DNA from: a bacterium
Lineage (GTDB): Bacteria > Bacillota > Clostridia > Oscillospirales > Acutalibacteraceae
DNA length: 54,439 nucleotides
Direction of reading: 5' to 3'
Assembly: GCA_963597385.1 (NCBI GenBank)
Contig: CAVBQD010000001.1
Span: 1-54,439 of the forward strand
Positions 45,314 through 54,439 of this stretch are shown in pieces. Under the pieces are notes generated by a model. It made no database searches and was not told where the DNA came from. It saw nothing but the letters and a program-made list of their open reading frames with translations. How positions within the stretch are numbered: the first letter of the stretch is position 1; each line of letters opens with the position of its first letter. The translations under genes were made by a program, and so were the position numbers.

Positions 45314-47340
45314 CAATAATCTGTCTTTCTGAACATATTTGAAATTTGAGTGCAAAGCTCCGGAAAACAGTCAAGATTAGGGTCATCTTTAAGGATAAAC
45401 TCGGCACATTCTCTGCACTGTTCAAGAATTTTCGTATCTTCAAGCATATCGGCAATTTTGAGTTGAGGTAAACCGTGTTGTCGCGTGCCGAAAAAGTCGC
45501 CGGGACCTCTTGTTTTAAGGTCGTAGTCGGCAATTTTAAATCCGTCGGAAGTGGATTTGAGGAGTTTAAGCCGTTCAACCGAGCTTTCCGACTTATTGTC
45601 CGACACCAAAATACAATAGCTTTTTTCCTTGCCTCTGCCAACCCGTCCTCTGAGCTGATGAAGTTGTGACAAGCCAAAGCGGTCGGCATTTTCAATCAGC
45701 ACAACCGTTGCGTTAGGCACATCAACGCCGACCTCAACCACGGTTGTTGAAACAAGAATTTGCACATTTCCGCTTGCAAATTCCTGCATAACCCTGTCTT
45801 TTTCTTTAGGTTTCATTTTGCCGTGAAGCAGTCCGATATTATATCCCTGAAAGACTTTTGTTGAAAGGTTGTCGGCATATTCCTTGGCAGGAATGAGGTC
45901 GCTTTCGTTATCGTCAACAAGCGGGCAGACTATGTACGCCTGATTGCCGTTGTCAACGGCATTTTTGATAAATTTATATATTCTTTGATGATAGGCACTT
46001 GTAACCAAATCCGTACGGATTTCCTGCCTGCCGGGCGGAAGTTCATTCAAAACGCTGATGTCCAAATCGCCGTAAATGATAAGCCCCATCGTTCTCGGAA
46101 TCGGCGTTGCCGACATAACAAGCAGGTGCGGATTGTTGCCTTTCATCGCAAGATTTGCACGCTGTTCAACGCCGAATCGGTGCTGTTCGTCCGTGCAAAC
46201 AAGACCGAGATTTCGAAATTCAACATCGTTTTGAATAAGTGCGTGCGTGCCGATAATCAAATCAATTTGACCTTCGGACAAAGCAAGCTTGATTTTCTTC
46301 TTTTCAGCCGCCTTTGTTGAGCCTGTCAGCAATGCAATATTAAGCTTTGTGTCGGCAAACAGTTTGCAAAAACTTTCGTAATGCTGAGTGGCAAGAATTT
46401 CGGTCGGTGCCATCATTGCGGCTTGGTAGCCGTTTTTAATAACGGTGTACATAACCGCACCGGCGACGGCAGTTTTGCCCGAACCGACATCGCCTTGCAC
46501 AAGTCGGTTCATTTGTTTGTCGCCTTTTAAATCGGCTACGCAGTCGGCAACCGCTTTTTTCTGTGCATTTGTAGGAGTAAACGGCAAAAACGAATAAAAC
46601 TCATCGCTGAAGTCGTTTTCCATTTTCAACACATTTTTCGTGGCACGCCTACTTCTCAATTTCATCAAGCCGAGTTGAAGCGTCAACAACTCTTCAAAAA
46701 TAAGCCTGTGCCTTGCAATTTCAACATTTTCCTCATTGTCGGGAAAATGAATTTGCTTTATTGCAAAGTCAAGCGAACAAAGATTGTACTCGATTTGAAT
46801 GTACTCGGGCAAAGTGTCCTCGATTTTTTCGATTTTGGCAATTCCCGCTTTTACAACCTTTTCTATAATCTTTGACGAAAGGTTTGAGGTTGCGGGATAA
46901 ATCGGTTCAATACCCGTGGCTTTTTCTGCCTTTTCAATTTGAGGCGAGCTCATCGACGCCTCGGTAAAGGTTCTGTCAACCTTGCCGTAAAGTATGTAAT
47001 CGTCAAATGTACGAAGCGATTTTGCAAGATACGCATTGTTAAAAATCGTGATGTGAATAACCGTTTCGCCGTCGGTAAAATTGCATTTGTACAAGGTCAA
47101 TCCCTTGCGGATTTTAGACTCTCTGACCGGGGTAATCATTGTGGCTTTTATAAACGCCGTGTCGCCCGAGCGAACATCTTTTACACTGAGCGTTTTGCTC
47201 CAGTCAATGTACTTTCTCGGATAAAAATGAATAAGGTCATTCAAAGTGTAAATGCCCAACTTATTGAAAAGTCGGGCTCTTTTATCTCCTACACCTTTTA
47301 TGAATTGTATGCTGTAATTGCTGTAATCACTGAAATCCAT
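45313..47340 (-). CDS. recG: ATP-dependent DNA helicase RecG
   Basis: QGDVGSGKT, DEQHRFG, MSATPIPR, QLHQLRGRVGRG, RGPGDFFGTRQHG. Confidence 0.97.
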   Translation of the reverse strand: MDFSDYSNYSIQFIKGVGDKRARLFNKLGIYTLNDLIHFYPRKYIDWSKTLSVKDVRSGDTAFIKATMITPVRESKIRKGLTLYKCNFTDGETVIHITIFNNAYLAKSLRTFDDYILYGKVDRTFTEASMSSPQIEKAEKATGIEPIYPATSNLSSKIIEKVVKAGIAKIEKIEDTLPEYIQIEYNLCSLDFAIKQIHFPDNEENVEIARHRLIFEELLTLQLGLMKLRSRRATKNVLKMENDFSDEFYSFLPFTPTNAQKKAVADCVADLKGDKQMNRLVQGDVGSGKTAVAGAVMYTVIKNGYQAAMMAPTEILATQHYESFCKLFADTKLNIALLTGSTKAAEKKKIKLALSEGQIDLIIGTHALIQNDVEFRNLGLVCTDEQHRFGVEQRANLAMKGNNPHLLVMSATPIPRTMGLIIYGDLDISVLNELPPGRQEIRTDLVTSAYHQRIYKFIKNAVDNGNQAYIVCPLVDDNESDLIPAKEYADNLSTKVFQGYNIGLLHGKMKPKEKDRVMQEFASGNVQILVSTTVVEVGVDVPNATVVLIENADRFGLSQLHQLRGRVGRGKEKSYCILVSDNKSESSVERLKLLKSTSDGFKIADYDLKTRGPGDFFGTRQHGLPQLKIADMLEDTKILEQCRECAEFILKDDPNLDCFPELCTQISNMFRKTDY

Positions 47341-47361
47341 AATATGACCTTGAATTTTTGA

Positions 47362-48987
47362 TTATTCTACCGAAATAAGATAGTAATATACCGGCTGTCC
47401 GCCGTTTACCATACTTACCTCAATACCGCTTGAATATTTTTCAACAAGCTTTTCTTCAATCTTTTGTGCGTCCTCTTCGGTTGCGTTTTCGCCGTAAATA
47501 ATTGTTACAAGACCGTTTTCGTCCGGATCGAAAAGCTCATCCGTTGCGGAAAATGCAATTTCCTCTTTGTCCTCGCCTATAAATTTGATTGCACCGTTGC
47601 AAAGACCCATAATCTGGCCTTCTTTAATCGGCTTTCCGTCAACTTCACTGTCACGGGCGGCAAATGTAACCGACGCAGTTTGCACGGCACCTGCCGTTTG
47701 CATCATCGTATCAAGGTTTTCTTCCTTGCCTGCCGTTTCGTCAAATGCAAGCATAGCGGAAATGCCCTGCGGTACGGTTTTGGTTTCAAGAACAATAACT
47801 TCTCTGTCTTTTACGCTGTTTTTAGCCATTTGAGCCGCCATAATAATGTTCTTGTTGTTAGGCAAAACATAAACAACCTTTGCCGGAACTTTAAGCACGG
47901 CTTTAATAATATCGTCGGTTGACGGATTCATCGTTTGTCCGCCGCTTACAACAATATCCGCACCGAGGTCGGAGAACAGTTCCGTAAGACCGTCGCCTGC
48001 ACAAACGGATACAAAACCGTATTCGTTTTCAGGCTCAACAACTTCATTTTCATTGCTGTTTTCCTGCTTCTCCTGCTTAGGAGTTGCAAGATTTTGTATA
48101 TCAATGTCAAAAAGTTGACCGTATTTTGTTGCGGTTTGCACAATCGTTCCGAGTTGTTCGCTTGTCACCTTAACGGCAATTTTTCCGTTTTCTTCGTGTA
48201 CTTCAACATCGTTGCCGATTGCTTCAAGATACGCACGGAGCTTAATTGAATCGCTCTCTTTTGCACCGTGCTCCTTTTGAATAACAAATTTGCACTCGTA
48301 GCCCGTTTGAGCTTTTTCATCGGAAGTGTCGGCCTTTTTGTCTGCGATGGCTTCCTCACCGACAGGGCGAATAATAACATCGTTGACAAACACGGATTTC
48401 ATACCCTCAAGAATAAGCACAAATCCCTGTCCGCCTGCGTCCACAACGCCTGCCTGCTTGAGAACCGGCAGCATTTCCGGAGTTTTTGCAAGAGCTTCTT
48501 TTGCCGCTTCAAGAGCCGTCATAAACACATCAATCGGTTCGTTGTTATTCGGTGTAAATTCTTCAGCCGCTTCGGCAGCACATCTTACAACTGTGAGAAT
48601 TGTACCCTCGGTCGGCTTCATAACTGCCTTGTATGCCGCGTCACTGCCCATACGAAAAGCTCGTGCAACATCGTTGCCGTCCGCTTCTTCAAGACCCTTA
48701 AACGCCTTTGAAAAACCGCGGAATATAAGAGAAAGAATAACGCCCGAGTTACCTCTTGCTCCTCTGAGAAGTGCGGAAGCAACACGCTTTGCAACATCGC
48801 CGAGAAGGCTGTCGTTTGGCATATCCTTTATATCGTCGGAAGCAGAAGTGATTGTCATTGACATATTTGTTCCCGTGTCACCGTCCGGAACCGGGAAAAT
48901 ATTGAGTGCGTCAACCGCCTGTCTGCTGTTTGATATGTTGTTTGCGGCAGAAATAACTCCGTCGCGTAACATCTGTCCTGTAATCAT
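47362..48987 (-). CDS. fakA: DAK2-domain fatty acid kinase FakA (YloV)
   Basis: LNIFPVPDGDTGTNM, GARGNSGVILS, VVDAGG, GGQTMNPST, GGQPVYYY. Confidence 0.9.
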   Translation of the reverse strand: MITGQMLRDGVISAANNISNSRQAVDALNIFPVPDGDTGTNMSMTITSASDDIKDMPNDSLLGDVAKRVASALLRGARGNSGVILSLIFRGFSKAFKGLEEADGNDVARAFRMGSDAAYKAVMKPTEGTILTVVRCAAEAAEEFTPNNNEPIDVFMTALEAAKEALAKTPEMLPVLKQAGVVDAGGQGFVLILEGMKSVFVNDVIIRPVGEEAIADKKADTSDEKAQTGYECKFVIQKEHGAKESDSIKLRAYLEAIGNDVEVHEENGKIAVKVTSEQLGTIVQTATKYGQLFDIDIQNLATPKQEKQENSNENEVVEPENEYGFVSVCAGDGLTELFSDLGADIVVSGGQTMNPSTDDIIKAVLKVPAKVVYVLPNNKNIIMAAQMAKNSVKDREVIVLETKTVPQGISAMLAFDETAGKEENLDTMMQTAGAVQTASVTFAARDSEVDGKPIKEGQIMGLCNGAIKFIGEDKEEIAFSATDELFDPDENGLVTIIYGENATEEDAQKIEEKLVEKYSSGIEVSMVNGGQPVYYYLISVE

Positions 48988-49003
48988 TGGTTATCCTCCG
49001 AAA

Positions 49004-49378
49004 TCAGTTAATACTGTCGATACCTTCGACATGAACATTTACTTCGGAAACCTTCAGGTCTGTGGTGCTTTCGATAGTGTAGCGAACCTTATTTACTATG
49101 CTGTCCGCAATGGCATTGATGTTTACGCCGTACGATACGGCAATTGAAAGGTCAACAACCAATGCTCCGTTTACGCTTTTGATTGTAACGCCCTGATTTG
49201 ATGTGTCAAGGTCTACACCCTCAACCCTGTTTTTTATGGCTGATCTGATTGATTGCACAGGGTTTGCATTTACCATTCTTGTAACGCCAAAACAGCTTTG
49301 TGCCGCATTGCCGACAAGCTTGCCGAAATAGTTGTTTGTTATTTCGATATATCCGTGCGGATTTTCGTACTTAATCAT
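49004..49378 (-). CDS. Asp23/Gls24-family protein (YloU-like)
   Basis: G.IEI, CFGV, YGVNI...VRY.IE...VNVHVEGI; upstream of fakA. Confidence 0.88.
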   Translation of the reverse strand: MIKYENPHGYIEITNNYFGKLVGNAAQSCFGVTRMVNANPVQSIRSAIKNRVEGVDLDTSNQGVTIKSVNGALVVDLSIAVSYGVNINAIADSIVNKVRYTIESTTDLKVSEVNVHVEGIDSIN

Positions 49379-49402
49379 AAAATTCTCCTTTTCGAGTGCA
49401 GA

Positions 49403-50890
49403 TTAATTATAATACCAATCGTCTATGTTTGCAAAGAAATCGCTGTAACAGCCCTGCATATCGCCGTGCATAGCCTTTGAATAGCAGATGACGCCTTTTC
49501 TGTACACAACCGGCACAAACGGCATTTCGTTTGAAAAAGACAAGATGAATTTGCCGAGTTCGCCGCCCTTGTTGAGATATTTTCTGTAAAGCTTTGCCGT
49601 GTCGCTGTCGGTGCTGATTCCGTAATGGGTCTTGCCCGATTTGTCGAAAAACGACGAAAGCCGCATATCGTTCGGTATTTTTGTTTCGGAAACATAAATA
49701 TCGTAATTGCTGTATTTGAGTGCTTGATTAAAGGTCTTTTGACTGTAACTTTTTACCGTCACCTTAAACCCTACGGCTTCCAATTGCTGTGCCGCAAGCT
49801 TTGCAAGAGCAACCTTGTTTTCATTTTGATTAACAACGATTTTGAGCGTAAGCTGATTTGATTTGTAGCCGCTTTTTGCTATTGCCTGTTTTGCCGCCGC
49901 CGTGTCTGCCGTGTCGGCAAAAATCTCCGTTTCCCGTCCGATTTTTGAAACCGGATTAAACGGTGATGTTGCGGCTCTTGCGTAACCCTGATAGGCACTT
50001 TTTGCAAGCGTGTCCCTGTCTATCGCAAGTGAAATCGCACGGCGTATGTCGGCGTTTGATGTTATGCCCATCGTGGTGCGAAGTCCCAAGAACACCATAT
50101 TGTTCAAATTGACCTGCTTTTTGTTGCACTTCAATCGGGCAACGGTTTTGTTTACCTCATCACGGTAAGCATAGCTGATGTTGCCGATATTGAGTGCGTT
50201 GTTGATAGACTCCGCAGACGGAACATTCACAAGCTGAATTTTCGTAAACCGAGGGTTAAAATTCTCTTTATACTCGCTGTTTTTTTCTGCGTAAAGCTTG
50301 CCGTTTTCTTCAAGAAATTTGTATCTTCCGCTGCCGAGAGGGTACTTGCTTTTTGACGAATTTTTCGCAATGTAAAATGTTAAAAGCTGATGTGCATACG
50401 GATTTGCATATGATAATTTAAATCTGACAACCGTGTCGCTTACCGTAGTCGCACTGTAAATCGGAGTGAGGCTGTTTTTCCATCTCGGTGAACTTTGTGC
50501 TTCGTAAAACGATGTTACAACATTTTTTGCCGTGAGCGATGAGCCGTCCGAAAATTTAAGACCGCTGACTATTGTTACCGACAGCGTGTTTGCGTCCTCA
50601 TATGTGTAAGAACTTGCTATTTCGGGCACTGCTTCAAAACTTTCGTCCGTTCTGAACAGCGGTTCGTACACCAGGTCGTCTGCCGTTTGATTGTTAAGCG
50701 TGGTTGCTTCAAACGGATTGAGCGAATCCGACTGACTGTAACTGATTTTAAAATTGTCGGTATCTTCTGTAACCTGTGCGGTCGTTTGCAAAACAAGCTC
50801 GTGTTGCTCGGGAGTGTCACCGCTGCAACCGGTAAGCAAGGCGGCTGTTAGGGCAATCACACAAAGTATTGCCACTGCCTTTTTGCTCAT
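49403..50890 (-). CDS. Family-5 ABC substrate-binding lipoprotein (orphan)
   Basis: LTG-C lipobox, SLNP, LVYEPLF, KFSDGSSLTA, GSGRY, IRRAISLAIDR. Confidence 0.85.
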   Translation of the reverse strand: MSKKAVAILCVIALTAALLTGCSGDTPEQHELVLQTTAQVTEDTDNFKISYSQSDSLNPFEATTLNNQTADDLVYEPLFRTDESFEAVPEIASSYTYEDANTLSVTIVSGLKFSDGSSLTAKNVVTSFYEAQSSPRWKNSLTPIYSATTVSDTVVRFKLSYANPYAHQLLTFYIAKNSSKSKYPLGSGRYKFLEENGKLYAEKNSEYKENFNPRFTKIQLVNVPSAESINNALNIGNISYAYRDEVNKTVARLKCNKKQVNLNNMVFLGLRTTMGITSNADIRRAISLAIDRDTLAKSAYQGYARAATSPFNPVSKIGRETEIFADTADTAAAKQAIAKSGYKSNQLTLKIVVNQNENKVALAKLAAQQLEAVGFKVTVKSYSQKTFNQALKYSNYDIYVSETKIPNDMRLSSFFDKSGKTHYGISTDSDTAKLYRKYLNKGGELGKFILSFSNEMPFVPVVYRKGVICYSKAMHGDMQGCYSDFFANIDDWYYN

Positions 50891-51660
50891 TTTCTGAACC
50901 TTTCTATATTGGTAGTTTTGCCGGTTTTGTCGTCAATTTCAATCACAACGCCCTCCACGGTGCAACGCCCGTCGGGATTGGTGAATTTCACCGGCAAATT
51001 TGTTTTCATTTTTTGTATCGCAATTTCGGGAGTAACGCCCAAAACGGAATAATAAGGGCCTGTCATTCCTATATCGGTAATGTAGCCCGTGCCGTTCGGA
51101 AGTATCTGTTCATCGGATGTTTGGATATGAGTGTGAGTGCCGAACACAGCCGAAACTCTGCCGTCAAGGTAAAATCCCATTCCTTTTTTCTCTCCCGACG
51201 CTTCTGCGTGGAAATCGATTATTATAATATTTGCACCGTCGGCTTTTACCTTTTCAATTTCTCTGTCGATACCGTCAAACGGATTTTCGATGTTTTCAAG
51301 ATAAACCGCACCTTGCAAATTAATCACGGCAACCCGATTTTTGCCCTTGTCAAGAATAACCGAGCCTCTGCCAGGAGCGGACGGATGATAGTTGCACGGA
51401 CGGATAACAAATTCGTTTTCATCAAGATAGTCCGCAATTTCGGGTCTGCGAAGAGCGTGATTGCCGAGAGTGATAACATCTGCACCGCTTGTAAAAATAT
51501 GTTGTGCACTTTGGGGAGTTATGCCGTTGCCGACTGCACTGTTTTCGCCGTTTACAATTGCAAAATCCGCCTGATACTCTCTTTTCAGCTTTGGCAAATT
51601 ATCACGCAAATAATCACAGCCTTGGCTTGATACAACATCACCTATGGCTAATATTTTCAC
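50887..51660 (-). CDS. ymdB: YmdB-family metallophosphoesterase
   Basis: GDVV, VNGEN, TLGNH, DFHAEASGEK, GTHTH, YITDIGMTG. Confidence 0.93.
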   Translation of the reverse strand: MKILAIGDVVSSQGCDYLRDNLPKLKREYQADFAIVNGENSAVGNGITPQSAQHIFTSGADVITLGNHALRRPEIADYLDENEFVIRPCNYHPSAPGRGSVILDKGKNRVAVINLQGAVYLENIENPFDGIDREIEKVKADGANIIIIDFHAEASGEKKGMGFYLDGRVSAVFGTHTHIQTSDEQILPNGTGYITDIGMTGPYYSVLGVTPEIAIQKMKTNLPVKFTNPDGRCTVEGVVIEIDDKTGKTTNIERFRK

Positions 51661-51777
51661 CTTTTCACCGCCCGATATTATATAATCGATTTTATTATAT
51701 ATTATACCAAATTAAAAAACAATATATTTTTTGTAAATAAATCGCACGGCAGTTTGTTTATTTTAATCTCGATTTAC

Positions 51778-52170
51778 GGGAGGATGATATCCTCCCCCCC
51801 TACGGATTTTTGAATATTTTGCCTCCACTTATTTATAAGGGGAGGTGGCAACACGAAGTGTTGACGGTGGGGTTTTACCTTTTAATTCTCGCCTGCCGGC
51901 TCGGTCAGTGCTTGAGCACTAAGGTGCAGAGGTCTCCACCGGAGACCCGCACCCCTCAGTCGCACGGAAATCATAGGTTAATTCCTTTTAACCCCTCAGT
52001 CGTCATAAATGACGACAGCTCCCCTTTATAACATTAAAAGGGGAGCCATGGTCGGTTTATTTGATTTAAATTTGTGACAGCTTTACTGCGTAGACGCCCC
52101 CTTTTGTCTGCGTTGCAGACATTTCCCCCGATTAACGGGGGAATCCCCTTGATTACAATCAAGGGGAGCC
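51778..52170. repeat. Composite REP-like cluster
   Basis: GTAG REP, an uninterrupted CCGTCAACACTTCGTGTTGCCACC REP, the GGTCTCC element, the CCCCTCAGTC..GACAGCTCCCC REP and the 66-bp repeat. Confidence 0.85.
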
Positions 52171-52185
52171 TCAGTAGGTTTAATG

Positions 52186-52554
52186 TTACAGTTTTTCGTG
52201 TTCTTTGAGATGCTTTTTAAAAGCTTCAAGGGTTTTGTCGGATATAACATGCTCCATTTTGCATGCGTCCTGAGCCGCCGTCTGCTCGTCAACTCCAAGC
52301 AAAATAAGCGTTTTGGTAAGTATGGTATGGCGTTCGTATATCTTTTGTGCCAAGTCCATACCCGAATCCGTAAGTTCAAGATAGCCCTTTGGGTCAACGG
52401 TCAAATAGCCGTCACGCTTGAGTATGCTCACGCCTCTGCTTACGCTCGGCTTTGAAAAGCCCATTTCTTCCGCAACATCTATTGAACGCACATCCCTTTG
52501 TTTTTGATACAAAACATATATCGTTTCAAGATACATTTCGCCTGATTCGTGCAA
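52186..52554 (-). CDS. DtxR/MntR-family metal-dependent regulator
   Basis: ESGEMYLETIY, SKPSVSR, YERH, DACKMEHVIS. Confidence 0.9.
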   Translation of the reverse strand: MHESGEMYLETIYVLYQKQRDVRSIDVAEEMGFSKPSVSRGVSILKRDGYLTVDPKGYLELTDSGMDLAQKIYERHTILTKTLILLGVDEQTAAQDACKMEHVISDKTLEAFKKHLKEHEKL

Positions 52555-52581
52555 TTTATTAACCCCTTTTCTATAATAAAT

Positions 52582-54108
52582 TTACTTGATTTTTTTAACC
52601 TCTTCAAACGCTTTTACGATATCTTCATCCGGTGCTTTCGTGCAAAGAGAAACGATTACATTTACGGCAAGAGCTGTCAAAAATGCCGGCAAAAGCTCAT
52701 AAATGTCAAGAACCGGTGAAAGTCCTCTGATTACAAATTTCCAAATAAATACCATTGCACCGCCGGCAAAAACGCCTGCAATTGCACCGTATTTGTTAGA
52801 ACGCTTCCAGAAAAGCGAAAGAAGAACAATCGGTCCGAATGCGGCACCGAAGCCTGCCCACGCAAACGAAACAATGCCGAACACCGAGCTGTCCGAATCC
52901 CAAGCGATTACAACGCCGATAACGGAAATGATGACAAGAGTAAGTCTTGCAACAACCATTTTTGCCGTTTCGGAAAGATTGAGATTGAAAAGTCCGCCGA
53001 GGAGATTTTCGCTTGCAGATGACGAAGCCGCCAAAAGCTGACTGTCCGAAGTTGACATTGTCGAAGCGAGAATTCCGGCAAGAATTACACCTGCGATAAG
53101 AGCCGGAACAACGCCGTTTTTACTCAAAACATCGGAAATTTGAACAATGATGGTTTCGCTGTCGGCAAACGGTTCAATAGCACCGTTTACAACCATTCCT
53201 CTGCCCACAATTCCTATACCGATTGCAATAAACATTGAAATAATAACCCAAACGGTAGCAACACGACGGGAGGTCTTGATTTTGTTCGGGTCTTCAATAG
53301 CCATAAATCTTAAAAGAATATGAGGCATACCAAAATAGCCGAGACCCCAAGCGAGGGTTGAAATTATATTTATCGTGCCGAACGCCGTCGAAGTATTTCC
53401 GTTATCCGAATGAACGGCAAACAAATCAAGATAGCCGTTGAGCTGTTTTGCATTGTCCATAACGGCATTGATACCGCCTGCTTTGGTTACGCCGAAAACA
53501 AGAACGATTATAAGTGCCACAGTCATAATTATTGACTGAACAAGGTCGGTAACAGAAGCGGCATTAAAACCTCCGAGAGAGGTATAGCCCACAATAACGA
53601 TTGCCGAAACAATCATTGCAATGTGATAATCGATTCCGAACAATGTGGCAAAAAGCTTGCCGCACGCACTGAATCCCGAAGCGGTGTACGGAACAAAGAA
53701 AATGATGATTATCAAAGCCGAAAGAGCCATAAGGATTTTTTTGTCGTCCTTATATCTCAACGAAAAGTAATCGGGAATGGTAATAGCACCGATATGTGCC
53801 GAATAATTACGGATTTTTTTGGCAACTATCAACCAGTTGAGATATGTGCCTGCCGCAAGACCGATAACAGTCCAGCCTACCTCTGCACAGCCCGAAAGAT
53901 ATGCAAGTCCCGGCAAGCCCATAAGCAGGTAACTGCTCATATCCGACGCTTCGGCACTCATTGCCGTAACGATGGGACCGAGCTTTCTGCCGCCAAGATA
54001 AAAGTCGCCTACATTTTTTGTCTTTTTTGCATAAGCAACACCGATTAGAAGTACACTGAATAAATATACCACAATAGATATCATTATGCATATTTGTGCT
54101 GATGTCAT
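52582..54108 (-). CDS. putP: Sodium/proline symporter
   Basis: FYLGGRKLG, MSAEASDMS, WGLGYFGMPHILLRFMA, MSTSDSQLL, AWAGFGAAFGP. Confidence 0.9.
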   Translation of the reverse strand: MTSAQICIMISIVVYLFSVLLIGVAYAKKTKNVGDFYLGGRKLGPIVTAMSAEASDMSSYLLMGLPGLAYLSGCAEVGWTVIGLAAGTYLNWLIVAKKIRNYSAHIGAITIPDYFSLRYKDDKKILMALSALIIIIFFVPYTASGFSACGKLFATLFGIDYHIAMIVSAIVIVGYTSLGGFNAASVTDLVQSIIMTVALIIVLVFGVTKAGGINAVMDNAKQLNGYLDLFAVHSDNGNTSTAFGTINIISTLAWGLGYFGMPHILLRFMAIEDPNKIKTSRRVATVWVIISMFIAIGIGIVGRGMVVNGAIEPFADSETIIVQISDVLSKNGVVPALIAGVILAGILASTMSTSDSQLLAASSSASENLLGGLFNLNLSETAKMVVARLTLVIISVIGVVIAWDSDSSVFGIVSFAWAGFGAAFGPIVLLSLFWKRSNKYGAIAGVFAGGAMVFIWKFVIRGLSPVLDIYELLPAFLTALAVNVIVSLCTKAPDEDIVKAFEEVKKIK

Positions 54109-54246
54109 ATGGTTTTCCTCCAACGAAAATATACCCTATCATAATAACATAAATTGTATAATAATGCAAATATTTTACGCATTGAAAACAGTCGGTCATT
54201 GTGATATTATATTTTCAGCTTAATTTTTGTAAAGAGGGTAAGCAAA

Positions 54247-54439
54247 ATGAACAATAATCCGATAGGCTTTTTGGATTCCGGAATAGGCGGAGTTACCGTT
54301 TTGAGGGAAGCCGTTAAACTTTTGCCAAATGAAAATTATTTCTTTTTCAGCGACAGTGCTCACAATCCTTACGGCGACAAAACAGACGAAGATGTTATTG
54401 CAAGATGTGACGAAATTGTCGGCTTGATGATTCAAAAAC
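54247..54439 (+). CDS. murI: Glutamate racemase, 3'-partial at the window edge
   Basis: Not in the ORF track: MNNNPIGFLDSGIGGVTVLREAVKLLPNENYFFFSDSAHNPYGDKT. Confidence 0.93.
   Translation, partial: MNNNPIGFLDSGIGGVTVLREAVKLLPNENYFFFSDSAHNPYGDKTDEDVIARCDEIVGLMIQK

Noticed and set aside
48326..49147. 273-aa plus-strand ORF, and similar long antisense ORFs over pcrA, recG, ymdB and yqfD
   Set aside because: Antisense shadows of well-supported conserved genes.
51810..52031. 73-aa ORF resembling the ORF at 21689-22000
   Set aside because: The similarity (TKVQRSPPETRT) just reflects the shared DNA repeat.

Overview
Chromosomal window from a low-GC, spore-forming Firmicute, probably a gut Oscillospirales/Eubacterium-like clostridium (inferred from gene content). 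Bases ~1-13,700 are a visibly AT-rich accessory island, most likely the end of a decayed ICE. It begins with a truncated VirB4-like gene ending in a group II intron RT-like fragment. It carries a complete agr quorum-sensing cassette: xre-agrA-agrC divergent from agrD-agrB, with agrD absent from the ORF track. Downstream of agrC is a co-oriented cluster of a WapA-like Rhs protein, an S8 protease-LRR protein, an unannotated 39-aa peptide and two lipoproteins. Matching direct repeats with a 21-bp period lie at the same distance from the -10 elements of both the agrD and Rhs promoters. This suggests a quorum-controlled Rhs/protease/peptide system, the best candidate for an undescribed system here. 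The rest is mostly core genome: tam, MFS, AraC + fucA-fucU-fucK-fucI, an orphan AgrC-like kinase, uxuA/uxuB, yqfCD, corA-like, tetR, yabE-like, pcrA, oadG/oadB, spoIVB, yebC, a degenerate sortase-B-like gene, thiI/iscS, a HAD-NUDIX fusion, a thioesterase, sigma-region-4 protein, ECF S component, PHP, recG, fakA, asp23, SBP5, ymdB, DtxR-family regulator, putP and partial murI. Intergenic regions hold nested REP/MITE-like repeats, a strong ~100-nt sRNA candidate and a 44-aa small membrane ORF. All calls come from motif recognition by eye; no searches were run.
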